Below are positions 28,927 through 39,059 of a stretch of 64,000 nt of DNA, piece by piece. Each line of letters starts with the position of its first letter. Position 1 is the first letter of the stretch. The stretch comes from an uncultured Fibrobacteria bacterium (GTDB lineage Bacteria; Fibrobacterota; Fibrobacteria; UBA11236), in NCBI GenBank assembly GCA_963716395.1, contig OY970309.1:3264001-3328000 (forward strand). The letters run 5' to 3'. The notes beneath the pieces were generated by a model. That model was given only the letters and a program-made list of their open reading frames with translations. It had not been told where the DNA came from and made no database searches. The translations under genes were made by a program, and so were the position numbers.

Positions 28927-29391
28927 TCACTCGTATTTGCCTTCGCCGATTTTCAGATTGGCGTAGAACTCGGCCGGCGTCTCCGCGGCGATCAGGCTTT
29001 TGCGGATGTCGGCATCCGACATAATCCGCGAAATGGCCGACAAGGCGCGGATGTGCGGCCCGGTGGTGTTCGAGGGCGACACGATGAGAAACAGCAGGTA
29101 AACCGGCTGCTTGTCGATGGCGTTGAAGTCGAGTCCGCGTTTCACCGAACAGGCCGCGAAGCACATCTGATCCACGAAGGGAACCTTGGCATGCGGAACC
29201 GCCAGGCCGCAGCCGATGCCGGTCGACATCTTTTCTTCGCGATCCAGCACCGCGGCCTCGATCCCCGCGCGGTTTTCCAAGCCGTGGGCATCGCAGAGAA
29301 GCCCGACCATTTCCTTCAGGATTTCCACCTTGGAATTTTTTTGCGAATCCACGATGACGCATTTTTCATTGAAGCGATCGGTCAGTTTCAT
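28927..29391 (-). CDS. ptsN: PTS EIIA component (EIIA-Ntr / Fru type)
   Basis: DREEKMSTGIGCGLAVPHAK phospho-His motif; DFNAIDKQPVYLLFL. Confidence 0.85.
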   Translation of the reverse strand: MKLTDRFNEKCVIVDSQKNSKVEILKEMVGLLCDAHGLENRAGIEAAVLDREEKMSTGIGCGLAVPHAKVPFVDQMCFAACSVKRGLDFNAIDKQPVYLLFLIVSPSNTTGPHIRALSAISRIMSDADIRKSLIAAETPAEFYANLKIGEGKYE

Positions 29392-29430
29392 GGCGACTCC
29401 TTCGGCGGCCCGGCTTACGGGCGGTCAAAT

Positions 29431-32400
29431 TTAGAATTCCGATCCCAAAGACCAATACTGCTGCGATTCGGAGTTGCGGCCGGCCATGCCCTGCACCGAT
29501 TCGGCGTAGCTGTATTTCAGCACGAAGATGCCGAGATTGAGCCGCAAACCCCAACCCAGGCCCATTCCCATTTGATCGAACGCGTTGCCGCTCGACCAAG
29601 CTCCGCCGTAATCGACGAAAAGCGATCCCATTACATAGCGAATACTGAGCGGTAAGGGCCACGCGATGTCGAGTTCCTGCACGAAAGGAAAGCGGAATTC
29701 GAGGTTGGCCAGAAATTTCCGGTTGCCCACGAAGTCGTACAAATCATAGCCGCGCAGCGGAAAATCCAGATCGGAGAAATAATATTCGGCCAGGTTGACG
29801 CGATCGGCATTGTCGAAATTGACATGGGCGTTGAACGTGTAGGCTTCGCCGCCCACCACGAAGGTTTGGGGATTGACGTAGCCGCCTACTTCCTGGGAAA
29901 CGCCGGCGGAAATGCGCGCCGCCAGGGTGTAGCGTTTGAAGAATTCCCAATAGCTACGCAAGTCGGTTTCGGCTTTGACATAGGAAAAGCGGTTCTGAAA
30001 CACGGGCGGCAGGTATTGCACCAGGGCCATGAGGCGTTGACCGGCCACCGGCCCGACAATGCCCCATTGCGCATTGTCAAATACCCAAGCCACCGAAGGC
30101 AACATGGCGTCGACCACGGTGTCGGGAGCGTGAAACGCCGTGTCGGTGGCGCCGCTGGAATCGAGCAGTTGGGTCGTGCGCTTGGTGAAGCGTGTCAATA
30201 GTTCGAATTCCAGGCGCGAAAACGTCGAGAAAGGGTAGCGCATGCCCAGGCCGAATCCGTATTGTTGATCGGTGGCGGCCTGGGCGAACAGGGCACTCGA
30301 GGTATCGGCCAGAATGCTGGTGGCGAATTGCTGGGTCTGGTGAAAAACCATGAGGTCGAAATCGGGCTTCCGCGGCAGATAATCGTATTCGATGAAGCCG
30401 TTGGTATTTTCGATGGAACCGTTCATCGACAGCGCGAAGGAGACGGATTGATCGCCCATGAGGTCGCTGAGCGTAAGGTAGGCCAACCCGCTGGCGCCGT
30501 AATAATTATCGACGCCCAGGGCGGCGTTGAAGGCGTCGAGGCTCCAGATGGGTTTGTAGGGCCGCGAGATGAAGTTCCCCAGGCGGTCCTTGTACGCGGC
30601 GGTGTCCTCCAAAAATGGTGTCGGCTTGGCGGATTTTTTGGCCGCAACCGTCGTGTCTTTCTTCGCCGCCTGACCCGTGGTATCGTTCGGTCGCGTCTTG
30701 GCCAAGGCGTTCGTGTCGGATTGCGGAGCGCGTCCGACGGAATCGGCGCGCGGGTGGATCGCCGCCTGAGCGGCGGTGTCGCGGTGCGTTAAACCCGTAT
30801 CTTTGGCGATCTTCGCCGCGGCCGTATCGCGGTGGGCGGCCAACGAATCGCGGTGCAGGGAATCGCGTACAGCCTTGGCTTCGGCGTTTTTCACCGAATC
30901 CTCTGCGACGGTGTCGGGTTTATAGGTGCTAAGATTCGACCAGTTGGGTTTCTGAAAAAATCCCGCGCTGCTGTCCTCATGAAATTTGATGAAGCGGGTT
31001 TTAGGCAGGGGTTTGGACATGACATGGGCCAGGGGATCTTTCATGAGGTAGATGTCCCAACCGCCGTCTTCGAACAGTGAAAAGGCCATGTCTTTGCCGT
31101 CATAGGAAAAAGAAGGCGTGAAGCAGGCCGTGAGCAGGTTGGTCAGCGGCCGCACGCTTTGTGCCCCCGCCGAATCCTGCCACAAATAGATGTTGTCGAG
31201 CCCCGAGCGATTCGATACGAACACCAGTTGTGAATCCGTGGGGCCATAGGAAGGCATTTTCTCATCCCAAGGTCCGCCGGCCAACAAGGACAGGCTGTCG
31301 CCAGCGACGGAAATGCGGTAAATGTCTTTGTAGACATGCAGTGAATCGTACCAGGCCAGCGGATCCTCGGGATGCGGATCGGGCATCGGCCCCGGCCGGT
31401 CGCTTTCGAAGGCGATCCATTTTCCCGAAGGCGAGAACGTGGGCTTGTCGTCGTCGGCGATGTCATGCGTGAGCCGGCGCAGCGACTGCCGGCGCAAATC
31501 CCAGACGTAAATATCGGTGAGTCCGTCGTTTTGTCCGCTGAAAGCGAGGTAGCGGCCGTCGCGCGACCAACTGGGGGAAAGAATGGCCTGCACGTCGGGC
31601 CGAAGAGTTTCGCGCACATGGCCGTTCTTGGCGTCGAGCAGGTTGATGACATCGCGGCCCATTTGTTTGCTCACCACCGCCAAGGTGCGGCTATCCGGGC
31701 TCCAGGCGATGCCGGAACGGAAGGAATGGAAACTTTCGTGCAATTCTTCTCGGCCGCTTTGCACCACGGCGCGGGTAACTTTTTCGGTTTTCACGTTCAG
31801 GATGTAAATCGCCTCCCAGGATTCGCGGTCGCTGAAAAAGGCGATCTCTTTTCCGTCGGGCGAAATGGAGGGCTGCAAATTGTAGAAGGATTGATCCTGA
31901 CCGTGATCGGTGAGTTTGCGCGCCTCGTATTTTCCGTATTGGCGCTGGCCCAGTTCGGGCCAGTACAGGTAACGCAATTCGCGCAGCCAGATCTCCCCCG
32001 CTTCTTCCAGCGACATATGCGTCACCTTTTGAAAGGCCTCGCGGATATCGCGATGTCCGGCCAGAGCGTGGATGAACTTGGTCACCGTGCCTTTGCCGTA
32101 CACGCTGTCCATGAAGTAGAAGAAGAGCTGGCCGCCTTTATAGGCCATGAAGCCCCCGAAGTTGGTGATCGGCGGAGACACATAGCCGAACGTGGTGGCG
32201 TCGATCATGAAGAATTCCGATTCCAAATCCCAGCCAAGCGAGGTATACTCGGCCAAGCCTTCATTGACCCACAGAGGGAATTGCCCCGCCGCCTGACGCT
32301 CCGCTGCTTCGCCGGCGCCCCCGCCGTACAGCATGTTGAACACCACGGCATGCGTCATCTCGTGCTGCAAGACGTGGCGGAAATCGGGATAGCTGCCTTC

Positions 32401-32808
32401 GAAGGGAATGACGATGCGGTCTTTGAACTCTTCGGTAAAGCCTCCCGTGTTTTCGTCGAGCGGCTCCATGGAAACATTGGTCTGTTCAAATTCGGCATGG
32501 GAATTGTACAGGATGATGGGAACGCGTTCGGTGAGTTTGTGCCCGACCACTTCCGACACATGCCGATACAATTCTTCCACGTGGCGGGCGGCGAATTGCG
32601 CGATGAGTTCGCCCCCTTGCGCATAGTAGATGTCGAAGTGCTCGGTCTGGTAATACGACCAGTGAAAGGGATGGTATTGCACCTTGTTCTGGCCGTAGGG
32701 ATCTTGGGTTTGTGCGGCAACCGAAGCGCAGCCGAAACCCAGGGCGAGAACCATTCCCGCGCGGAAAGCACGCCCGGCACGCTGACATGCCTGACGACGA
32801 TCAGCCAT
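29431..32808 (-). CDS. Outer-membrane protein: zinc-metallopeptidase-like domain + PD40/TolB-like propeller + Omp85-type beta-barrel
   Basis: Signal peptide; HEMTH and NEGLAEY; repeated PSISPDG / IAWSPDS / PSWSRDG / PTFSPSG; LRGY loop motif; C-terminal YWSLGSEF. Confidence 0.85.
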   Translation of the reverse strand: MADRRQACQRAGRAFRAGMVLALGFGCASVAAQTQDPYGQNKVQYHPFHWSYYQTEHFDIYYAQGGELIAQFAARHVEELYRHVSEVVGHKLTERVPIILYNSHAEFEQTNVSMEPLDENTGGFTEEFKDRIVIPFEGSYPDFRHVLQHEMTHAVVFNMLYGGGAGEAAERQAAGQFPLWVNEGLAEYTSLGWDLESEFFMIDATTFGYVSPPITNFGGFMAYKGGQLFFYFMDSVYGKGTVTKFIHALAGHRDIREAFQKVTHMSLEEAGEIWLRELRYLYWPELGQRQYGKYEARKLTDHGQDQSFYNLQPSISPDGKEIAFFSDRESWEAIYILNVKTEKVTRAVVQSGREELHESFHSFRSGIAWSPDSRTLAVVSKQMGRDVINLLDAKNGHVRETLRPDVQAILSPSWSRDGRYLAFSGQNDGLTDIYVWDLRRQSLRRLTHDIADDDKPTFSPSGKWIAFESDRPGPMPDPHPEDPLAWYDSLHVYKDIYRISVAGDSLSLLAGGPWDEKMPSYGPTDSQLVFVSNRSGLDNIYLWQDSAGAQSVRPLTNLLTACFTPSFSYDGKDMAFSLFEDGGWDIYLMKDPLAHVMSKPLPKTRFIKFHEDSSAGFFQKPNWSNLSTYKPDTVAEDSVKNAEAKAVRDSLHRDSLAAHRDTAAAKIAKDTGLTHRDTAAQAAIHPRADSVGRAPQSDTNALAKTRPNDTTGQAAKKDTTVAAKKSAKPTPFLEDTAAYKDRLGNFISRPYKPIWSLDAFNAALGVDNYYGASGLAYLTLSDLMGDQSVSFALSMNGSIENTNGFIEYDYLPRKPDFDLMVFHQTQQFATSILADTSSALFAQAATDQQYGFGLGMRYPFSTFSRLEFELLTRFTKRTTQLLDSSGATDTAFHAPDTVVDAMLPSVAWVFDNAQWGIVGPVAGQRLMALVQYLPPVFQNRFSYVKAETDLRSYWEFFKRYTLAARISAGVSQEVGGYVNPQTFVVGGEAYTFNAHVNFDNADRVNLAEYYFSDLDFPLRGYDLYDFVGNRKFLANLEFRFPFVQELDIAWPLPLSIRYVMGSLFVDYGGAWSSGNAFDQMGMGLGWGLRLNLGIFVLKYSYAESVQGMAGRNSESQQYWSLGSEF

Positions 32809-33610
32809 ATCCCAATTCCTTCAGCCGGCCTTCGGCCCAGGCGAGTTGCTCGCTTTCCCTAGCCGCGGCCGGCGGAGCGCCGTGGGTGTCGGAGAAAAAG
32901 GCCCGCAGCGCCGCTGGCGGCAATTGGCCCGGCGCCACTTCGGCATCGCCCAGATAGGCATAGGTGATGGGGCAGCCGCGCAGCGGGCTCAGCACCCGCG
33001 TACTGCGCCCCACCGGCCCCATGCCGAGGACGCAACTGAAGGGGAATTCATTCGCGATTTGCTCCGCGAAACGAAGCAGGGCTTCGGCTTCGGAGGGGCG
33101 ATGTACGGCGACTGCGAACTTCACGCCCGCGGGATGGTAAGCGCGCATCCGTTGCAGCCAAACTTCCCATGCCGCCGGGTCTTCGCCCTCACAGGCGTGA
33201 TGCGACAGCAAAACCCGGGGACGGTTCGTCAGCGCATTCCACAGGTCGGTGGAAACCGTGGCGGCCGTTTCGATTTCCACATCGAGGTAATCGCACAGCG
33301 GCCGCGTCCCACGGGCCAGGGTTCGCCAGATGGTTTCACGTTCTGCGGCACGTTCCTCGGGCCAGGCGCCGCCATCGCGCCGCAGGCGCAAGGTGAATAT
33401 CACCGGACCCGCGAAACCGCGGTGCGCCCGCAAGTCGTCAAAGGCATGGAGCGCGGGCACGACGGCAGTCTCTTCCAGTCCATCGGCGCGCAATTCCAAT
33501 CCGTCGCAGGTCCAGGCGCTTTCGGGATAACGCTTTTCCTCCAACATCGATGCGGTTAAAATGCCGACGATCAAAGGGGAAAAACGGGTTTTTGTAACTT
33601 GACCCCGCAT
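32801..33610 (-). CDS. aroD: Type I 3-dehydroquinate dehydratase
   Basis: LELRAD, IFTLRLRRDGG, YLDVE, LLSHH, VKFAV (Schiff-base Lys), MGPVGRSTR, APGQL. Confidence 0.85.
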   Translation of the reverse strand: MRGQVTKTRFSPLIVGILTASMLEEKRYPESAWTCDGLELRADGLEETAVVPALHAFDDLRAHRGFAGPVIFTLRLRRDGGAWPEERAAERETIWRTLARGTRPLCDYLDVEIETAATVSTDLWNALTNRPRVLLSHHACEGEDPAAWEVWLQRMRAYHPAGVKFAVAVHRPSEAEALLRFAEQIANEFPFSCVLGMGPVGRSTRVLSPLRGCPITYAYLGDAEVAPGQLPPAALRAFFSDTHGAPPAAARESEQLAWAEGRLKELGYG

Positions 33611-33711
33611 GCTCAATTTCCGTAATCAGACACCGTTGTCGAAATCGAAGCGACGCGATCAGGCGCCCTCCGTCGGCCCGGCGTCGTCTCGCGCCCCGTG
33701 GTTCCGGCCGG

Positions 33712-34761
33712 TTGTTTGAAATGGGCTCCCCGCACGTGGGCCAAATATCTACTAAATGGAGGTGGTCCAAAGGGCTGGTGTTCTTCGGTCTTGGCTGCGC
33801 TCTCGGCTGCGGCGCCGGCCGTGCGGACTGTTTGCGCGATGCCCGCTATGATGCCGAGATTCGGGCGGCTCTTGAGGCCGTTTTTCACATGCACTATGCC
33901 GCCGCCGAATCGCTGTGTGTCCGCCTCCCCGAACGCGATCCGGCCCGGAATTATTTCGCCGGGCTGGCCGACCTCGATCGTTTTGCCGATCTCGGCGACA
34001 CCGCCGCCTTGCGCCGGGCCGAGCTGAACTGGCTGGCACTCGATACCGACTCCGCCGGCACGTGGCAGGTCGACGCCGCTTCGCGTTCGGTGTATCGCGG
34101 GCTGGCGGAATTTCAGCTTTCCTATATCGCCACACTGCGCGGAGAACGTCTGCGGGCCACGCGCCTGGCCTTCGGCGCGCAGCATCGTCTGGCCCGCGAC
34201 ACGGCCTTTGCCGAAGCCCGCGCAGCCCTGGCCCTCTTCGATTATTACCGCTTGCGTCTGCTGGAACACTTGAACTTTCTCCCCTTCGTCGATGTGCATT
34301 CCGAACTTCCGCTGCACCGACTCGAGGCCGCCGCCGACAGTTCGCGCTATTTGAAAGACGTGCTGATGGCATCGGCCTTCTGGATTCATTTCGATCGCGG
34401 CGAGTTCGATGCCGCGCTGCGCAGCCTCGCAGGATTTTTGACGCGGTACCCGCACAACCGCGTGGTGCGGCAAATGCGCGCCGACGTCTGGTATCGCGCC
34501 GGGCGTTGGGCCGAAGCGCAAGACGAATACCAAAATTTATTGCGGGAGTACGCCCGCTTGCGCGATTCATTGCCGAAAACCTGTTTGCCGTTGGGCTATT
34601 ATTGCGCCGCCGGCAATCTGGCCCGCATCGATGCCGCCATGGGACAGAAAGCATCGGCTGCGCATTATTGGCGCGAATGGCGGCGGGCCGATTCGTTGGG
34701 ACTCGGACCTTGGCTGCCCGCCAGCCTCAAGCGCGCCCTGACGCAAGAACCCGCGCCATGA
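33712..34761 (+). CDS. Exported TPR-like alpha-helical protein
   Basis: Signal-peptide-like N-terminus; Ala/Leu-rich helical repeats (GEFDAALRSL...YPHN, AGRWAEAQDEY). Confidence 0.6.
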   Translation: MFEMGSPHVGQISTKWRWSKGLVFFGLGCALGCGAGRADCLRDARYDAEIRAALEAVFHMHYAAAESLCVRLPERDPARNYFAGLADLDRFADLGDTAALRRAELNWLALDTDSAGTWQVDAASRSVYRGLAEFQLSYIATLRGERLRATRLAFGAQHRLARDTAFAEARAALALFDYYRLRLLEHLNFLPFVDVHSELPLHRLEAAADSSRYLKDVLMASAFWIHFDRGEFDAALRSLAGFLTRYPHNRVVRQMRADVWYRAGRWAEAQDEYQNLLREYARLRDSLPKTCLPLGYYCAAGNLARIDAAMGQKASAAHYWREWRRADSLGLGPWLPASLKRALTQEPAP

Positions 34762-34841
34762 AGTGCCGTGTTTCCCGCGCGACATCGCTCCCCCATTTTT
34801 GTATCATTACCCTGCCTTCCATTCGAGTTGGAGCTTAGTTC

Positions 34842-36725
34842 ATGACGTCTCCCTCTGCTTCGTCTTCCTCCGCCAAAACCCTGGAAGAAATAGAATCCGT
34901 CACCATTCGCTTTGCGGGTGATTCGGGCGATGGCATGCAATTGACCGGCATGCAATTCACCGATGCTTCCGCGGCCTTCGGCAATGATTTGGCCACCTTG
35001 CCCGATTTTCCTGCGGAGATCCGCGCGCCGGCCGGTACCGTGGCGGGGGTCAGCGCTTTTCAAATCCACTTTTCCGCGCATGACATCAAAACACCGGGGG
35101 ATGATCTCGATGTGCTGGTGGCCATGAATGCCGCGGCGCTCAAAGCCAACATCGCCGATTTGGATCATGGTGGCATGCTGGTGGTCGATCTGGCGGGATT
35201 CACTCCCAAGGATTTGGAAAAAGCCGATTATAAATCCAATCCGCTGGAAGATGGATCGCTGACCGGTTTCCGCGTGGTCTCGGCCGACATCACCGCACTC
35301 ACCGTGAAAGCCGTGGAGCCTTCGGGGCTGAAGGGAAAAGCCGCCGAATTGTGCAAGAACTTCTTCGCCTTAGGCATGATGTTCTGGCTCTATGATCGTC
35401 CGCCCGAGCACACCTTGAAATGGATCGATGAAAAATTCGGACCGAAGTCGAAGTATAAGGAAAAACCCGAGATCGCCACGGCGAACCGGGCGGCTCTGAT
35501 GGCGGGGTCGCACTTTGCCGAAACCATGGAATTGCTCCCCAGCCATTACCGGGTGCGCAAAGCGGATTTACCCAAAGGCAAGTACCGCAAAATTTCAGGT
35601 AATGAAGCCGTGGCCTTCGCATTCGCCGCCGTGACCCAGCTATCCGGCCGCGAAGTTTTCTACGGCAGCTATCCCATCACGCCGGCCTCGGATATTTTGC
35701 ACGGTTTGTCGCGGCAGAAGAATTACGGCATCGTCACCTTTCAGGCCGAAGACGAAATCGCCGCCATCGCCTCGGCGGTGGGTGCCGCTTATGCGGGTGA
35801 CCTGGGCGTTACTGCCACCTCGGGGCCCGGTATCTGCCTTAAAACCGAAGCCATGAACCTGGCGGTGATGACCGAATTGCCGCTGGTCATCATCGACGTG
35901 CAGCGCGGCGGCCCGAGTACGGGCCTGCCGACTAAAACCGAGCAATCCGATTTGCTGCTCAACATGTTCGGCCGCTCCGGCGACAGCCCGGTGCCGATTC
36001 TGGCGGCGCGTTCCCCAGCCGACTGCTTTGCCATGACCCTCGAAGCCGCCCGCATCGCCTTGAAATACATGACCCCCGTCATTCTGCTGACCGACGGATA
36101 CATCGCCAACGGGTCCGAACCCTGGCTCATTCCCAATCCGGCCGCGCTGCCGAAACTGGAAACGCGGTTGGCCCAAGCCGGGGAAGAATACTTTCCCTAC
36201 GAACGCGATCCCGTAACCCTGGCGCGTCGCTGGGCGATACCCGGTACGCCCGGGCTGGAACACCGCATCGGCGGCTTGGAGAAATCGCAGAAAACCGGCA
36301 TGGTCTCCTATGATCCGGATAACCATCAGGCCATGACCTTGGAGCGGCATGCCAAGGTGGCCGGCATCGCCAAAGACATCCCCGCGCAAAAAGTCGAAGG
36401 CAACGTTTCGGCCCAGGTGCTGGTGGTGTCGTGGGGCGGAACCTACGGCGCGGTTTCTACGGCGGTCGATGATTGCAACCGGGCCGGCGTTCCCCTGGCG
36501 CATGCGCATGTGAACTACCTGAATCCGTTTCCCGCCAACCTGGAAGAGATTTTGCACCGGTATCGCAAAGTGGTGGTGCCCGAATTGAACATGGGCCAAT
36601 TGCGGTTGCTTTTATCCGGCACCTTCGGCCTTCCGGTGCTGGGAATCCGACAGGTGCGCGGCAAGCCCTTCCGCGTGTCTTTTCTCGTCGACCAATTGCA
36701 CCGCATCGTAAAGGCCCTGGCATGA
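34842..36725 (+). CDS. korA: 2-oxoacid:ferredoxin oxidoreductase subunit alpha (gamma-alpha fusion)
   Basis: IRFAGDSGDGMQLTG, YPITPAS, QAEDEIAA, TSGPG, QRGGPSTGLPTKTEQSD. Confidence 0.92.
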   Translation: MTSPSASSSSAKTLEEIESVTIRFAGDSGDGMQLTGMQFTDASAAFGNDLATLPDFPAEIRAPAGTVAGVSAFQIHFSAHDIKTPGDDLDVLVAMNAAALKANIADLDHGGMLVVDLAGFTPKDLEKADYKSNPLEDGSLTGFRVVSADITALTVKAVEPSGLKGKAAELCKNFFALGMMFWLYDRPPEHTLKWIDEKFGPKSKYKEKPEIATANRAALMAGSHFAETMELLPSHYRVRKADLPKGKYRKISGNEAVAFAFAAVTQLSGREVFYGSYPITPASDILHGLSRQKNYGIVTFQAEDEIAAIASAVGAAYAGDLGVTATSGPGICLKTEAMNLAVMTELPLVIIDVQRGGPSTGLPTKTEQSDLLLNMFGRSGDSPVPILAARSPADCFAMTLEAARIALKYMTPVILLTDGYIANGSEPWLIPNPAALPKLETRLAQAGEEYFPYERDPVTLARRWAIPGTPGLEHRIGGLEKSQKTGMVSYDPDNHQAMTLERHAKVAGIAKDIPAQKVEGNVSAQVLVVSWGGTYGAVSTAVDDCNRAGVPLAHAHVNYLNPFPANLEEILHRYRKVVVPELNMGQLRLLLSGTFGLPVLGIRQVRGKPFRVSFLVDQLHRIVKALA

Positions 36726-37732
36726 GCACTGCAACCGAAACTCCCGCCCTGACGCGCAAAGATTTTGCTTCGCCCGTGGCCATCCGCTGGTGCCCGGGAT
36801 GCGGCGACTATTCCATTCTCACCGCCATCCAGGGCGTCTTGCCCACCTTGGGCATCGCGCGCGAGAAATTCGCCTTCATCTCGGGCATCGGCTGTTCCAG
36901 CCGCTTTCCCTATTACATGAACACCTACGGCTTTCACACCATCCACGGCCGGGCCCCGGCGGTGGCCACCGGCGCCAAACTGGCGAATCCCGATCTGCAG
37001 GTGTGGGTGATCACCGGCGACGGCGATGCCTTGAGCATCGGCGGCAACCATTTCATCCACGCCTTGCGCCGCAACGTGGATCTCAAGATCATTTTGTTCA
37101 ACAACAAGATCTACGGCCTGACCAAAGGCCAGTATTCGCCCACCTCAGAGGTGGGCACTGTAAGCCCTTCGACCCCGTTCGGATCGGTGGACACGCCCCT
37201 GTCGCCGCTCAGCCTGGCGCTGGGCGCGGAAGCCGGGTTTGTGGCCCGCACCTCCGACAACGACGTGAAGCATATGAGCGAGGTGATCCGCGCCGCGGCG
37301 GCCTACCGGGGAGCGGCCGTCGTCGAGGTGCTGCAGAACTGTGTCATCTTCGCCGACGACGTACATGAGCCCTATTACGGCCGCGCCACCAAACAAGACA
37401 CGCTGCTGTACCTTTCCCATGGGAAACCTCTGCGTTACGGTAAGGAACAGGAAAAAGGCTTGGTGCCGAAGGGGCACGGACTGGAAGCGCGCCTGAACCC
37501 CGCCGACGAGGCCGTGGCCGTACACGATGAAAAAGACCCCACCGGTTCCTGGGCTTTCACGCTGTCGCGTCTCACCTACCCCGAATTTCCCGTGCCGGTG
37601 GGCGTGTTCCGCAATGTCGACCGGCCCTTGTTTCATGAGGCCGTGCGCGCCCAGGTCGACACCGCGCGCAAAAACAACCCGCCCAATCTGGAAAAGCTGT
37701 TCAATTCCGGCAGCACCTGGGTCGTGGATTAA
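36722..37732 (+). CDS. korB: 2-oxoacid:ferredoxin oxidoreductase subunit beta
   Basis: WCPGCGD, SGIGCSSR, HGRA, TPP-binding GDGD...NN, YGLTKGQ; ATGA overlap with the alpha subunit. Confidence 0.92.
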   Translation: MSTATETPALTRKDFASPVAIRWCPGCGDYSILTAIQGVLPTLGIAREKFAFISGIGCSSRFPYYMNTYGFHTIHGRAPAVATGAKLANPDLQVWVITGDGDALSIGGNHFIHALRRNVDLKIILFNNKIYGLTKGQYSPTSEVGTVSPSTPFGSVDTPLSPLSLALGAEAGFVARTSDNDVKHMSEVIRAAAAYRGAAVVEVLQNCVIFADDVHEPYYGRATKQDTLLYLSHGKPLRYGKEQEKGLVPKGHGLEARLNPADEAVAVHDEKDPTGSWAFTLSRLTYPEFPVPVGVFRNVDRPLFHEAVRAQVDTARKNNPPNLEKLFNSGSTWVVD

Positions 37733-37745
37733 GCGCAGGTCCGCC

Positions 37746-38483
37746 GTGAATACGCGCGCCGACATCACGACCCAGGACGGACGGATGGAGGCGCAGGTCT
37801 TCCACCCCGAAGGCCCGGGCCCCTGGCCCGGTGTTCTCTTCTTCATGGACGCCTACGGATTGCGTCCCGATTTGAACGGGATGGCCGAACGTCTGGCGAA
37901 CCGAGGTTATCTGGTCGTGCTGCCGAATCTGTATTACCGCGTGGGCGAATTTCCGCCCTTCAATCCGTTGACCGTCTTCGGCGACCCGGGCGAGCGCGCG
38001 CGCCTCATGGCTTTAGTGCAATCGCTGCGCAATGCCGACGTGATTCGCGACATCGCCGCGGCGCGGGACTTTCTGAAAAGCCAAACGCACGTGCGTCCGG
38101 GGCCGCTGGGTTGCGTGGGCTATTGTATGGGCGGCCGCTTCGCCTTGCTGGCCGCCGGCAGCGGCGGCGAGGATATCGCGGCGGCGGCTTCTTTTCACGG
38201 CGGCAGCCTGGCCACGGAAAAACCCGACAGCCCGCATTTATGGGCCGACCGGATGCGGGCGCGCCTGTATATCGGGGTTGCAGGTCTGGATGCCAATTTC
38301 ACGCCGGAAGAAAAAGCCCGGCTCGAAAATGCTTTGTCGGCGGTAGGGGTGCGGTATACCTTGGAAACCTATCCTGAGGTGCGCCACGGGTTCGCGGTGA
38401 CCGGTTCGGCCGTCTATGATCGCGCGGCCTCGGAGCGCCATTGGGAAGCCCTGTTCGCCTTTTTCCAGGAAACCCTCGGGTAA
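37746..38483 (+). CDS. Dienelactone hydrolase family protein
   Basis: Nucleophile motif GYCMGG; FHGG; HGF; GTG start at 37746. Confidence 0.9.
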   Translation: MNTRADITTQDGRMEAQVFHPEGPGPWPGVLFFMDAYGLRPDLNGMAERLANRGYLVVLPNLYYRVGEFPPFNPLTVFGDPGERARLMALVQSLRNADVIRDIAAARDFLKSQTHVRPGPLGCVGYCMGGRFALLAAGSGGEDIAAAASFHGGSLATEKPDSPHLWADRMRARLYIGVAGLDANFTPEEKARLENALSAVGVRYTLETYPEVRHGFAVTGSAVYDRAASERHWEALFAFFQETLG

Positions 38484-38549
38484 CCGGAAAGTTTCGGTCG
38501 CCCGACTCGCCGAACATGCGGCAGCCGGGCAGCCCCCGTATCCGGAGCG

Positions 38550-38993
38550 TTAACCCGGAATCTCGGCCTCGACGAGTTGCGCGAAGAGCAGCAGCGATTC
38601 CTGCCAACCGAGATAACAAGCGTCCGGCGGAATCAGGTCGGGCACGCCCGCTTGCACGATGTTCAATTCGGTGCCCACCATGACCTTCGTCAAGGTGATG
38701 GTGACTTTCATCTCGCCGGGCAGATTCGGATCGTCAAACCCATCGGTATGGCAAATGCGCTCGCCCGGCACCAATTCGAGATATTCGCCGCCGAAGGAAT
38801 GGGTGTGGCCCGAGCCGAAATTCGTGAAGGACATTTTGTACGTCCCGCCGACTTTGGCATCGAGGTGGTGGACTTTTCCGGTAAATCCGTGAGGCGGAAG
38901 CCATTTGACCAGTGCTTCGGGGTCTAAAAAAGCCCGGTAGATCTTTTCGGGCGCGGCCCGGATCACGCGGTGCAGGCGGATGGTATTCGGCAT
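38550..38993 (-). CDS. SRPBCC / AHSA1-like protein
   Basis: RVIRAAPEKIYRAFLDP...KWLPP...GEYLELVP...GWQESL. Confidence 0.9.
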   Translation of the reverse strand: MPNTIRLHRVIRAAPEKIYRAFLDPEALVKWLPPHGFTGKVHHLDAKVGGTYKMSFTNFGSGHTHSFGGEYLELVPGERICHTDGFDDPNLPGEMKVTITLTKVMVGTELNIVQAGVPDLIPPDACYLGWQESLLLFAQLVEAEIPG

Positions 38994-39059
38994 GGTGGCA
39001 CTTCCTTTCGCACTACGCTTGTAAAAGCGGGATACGAATTCCAGTGGCGAGGGCGCGCG

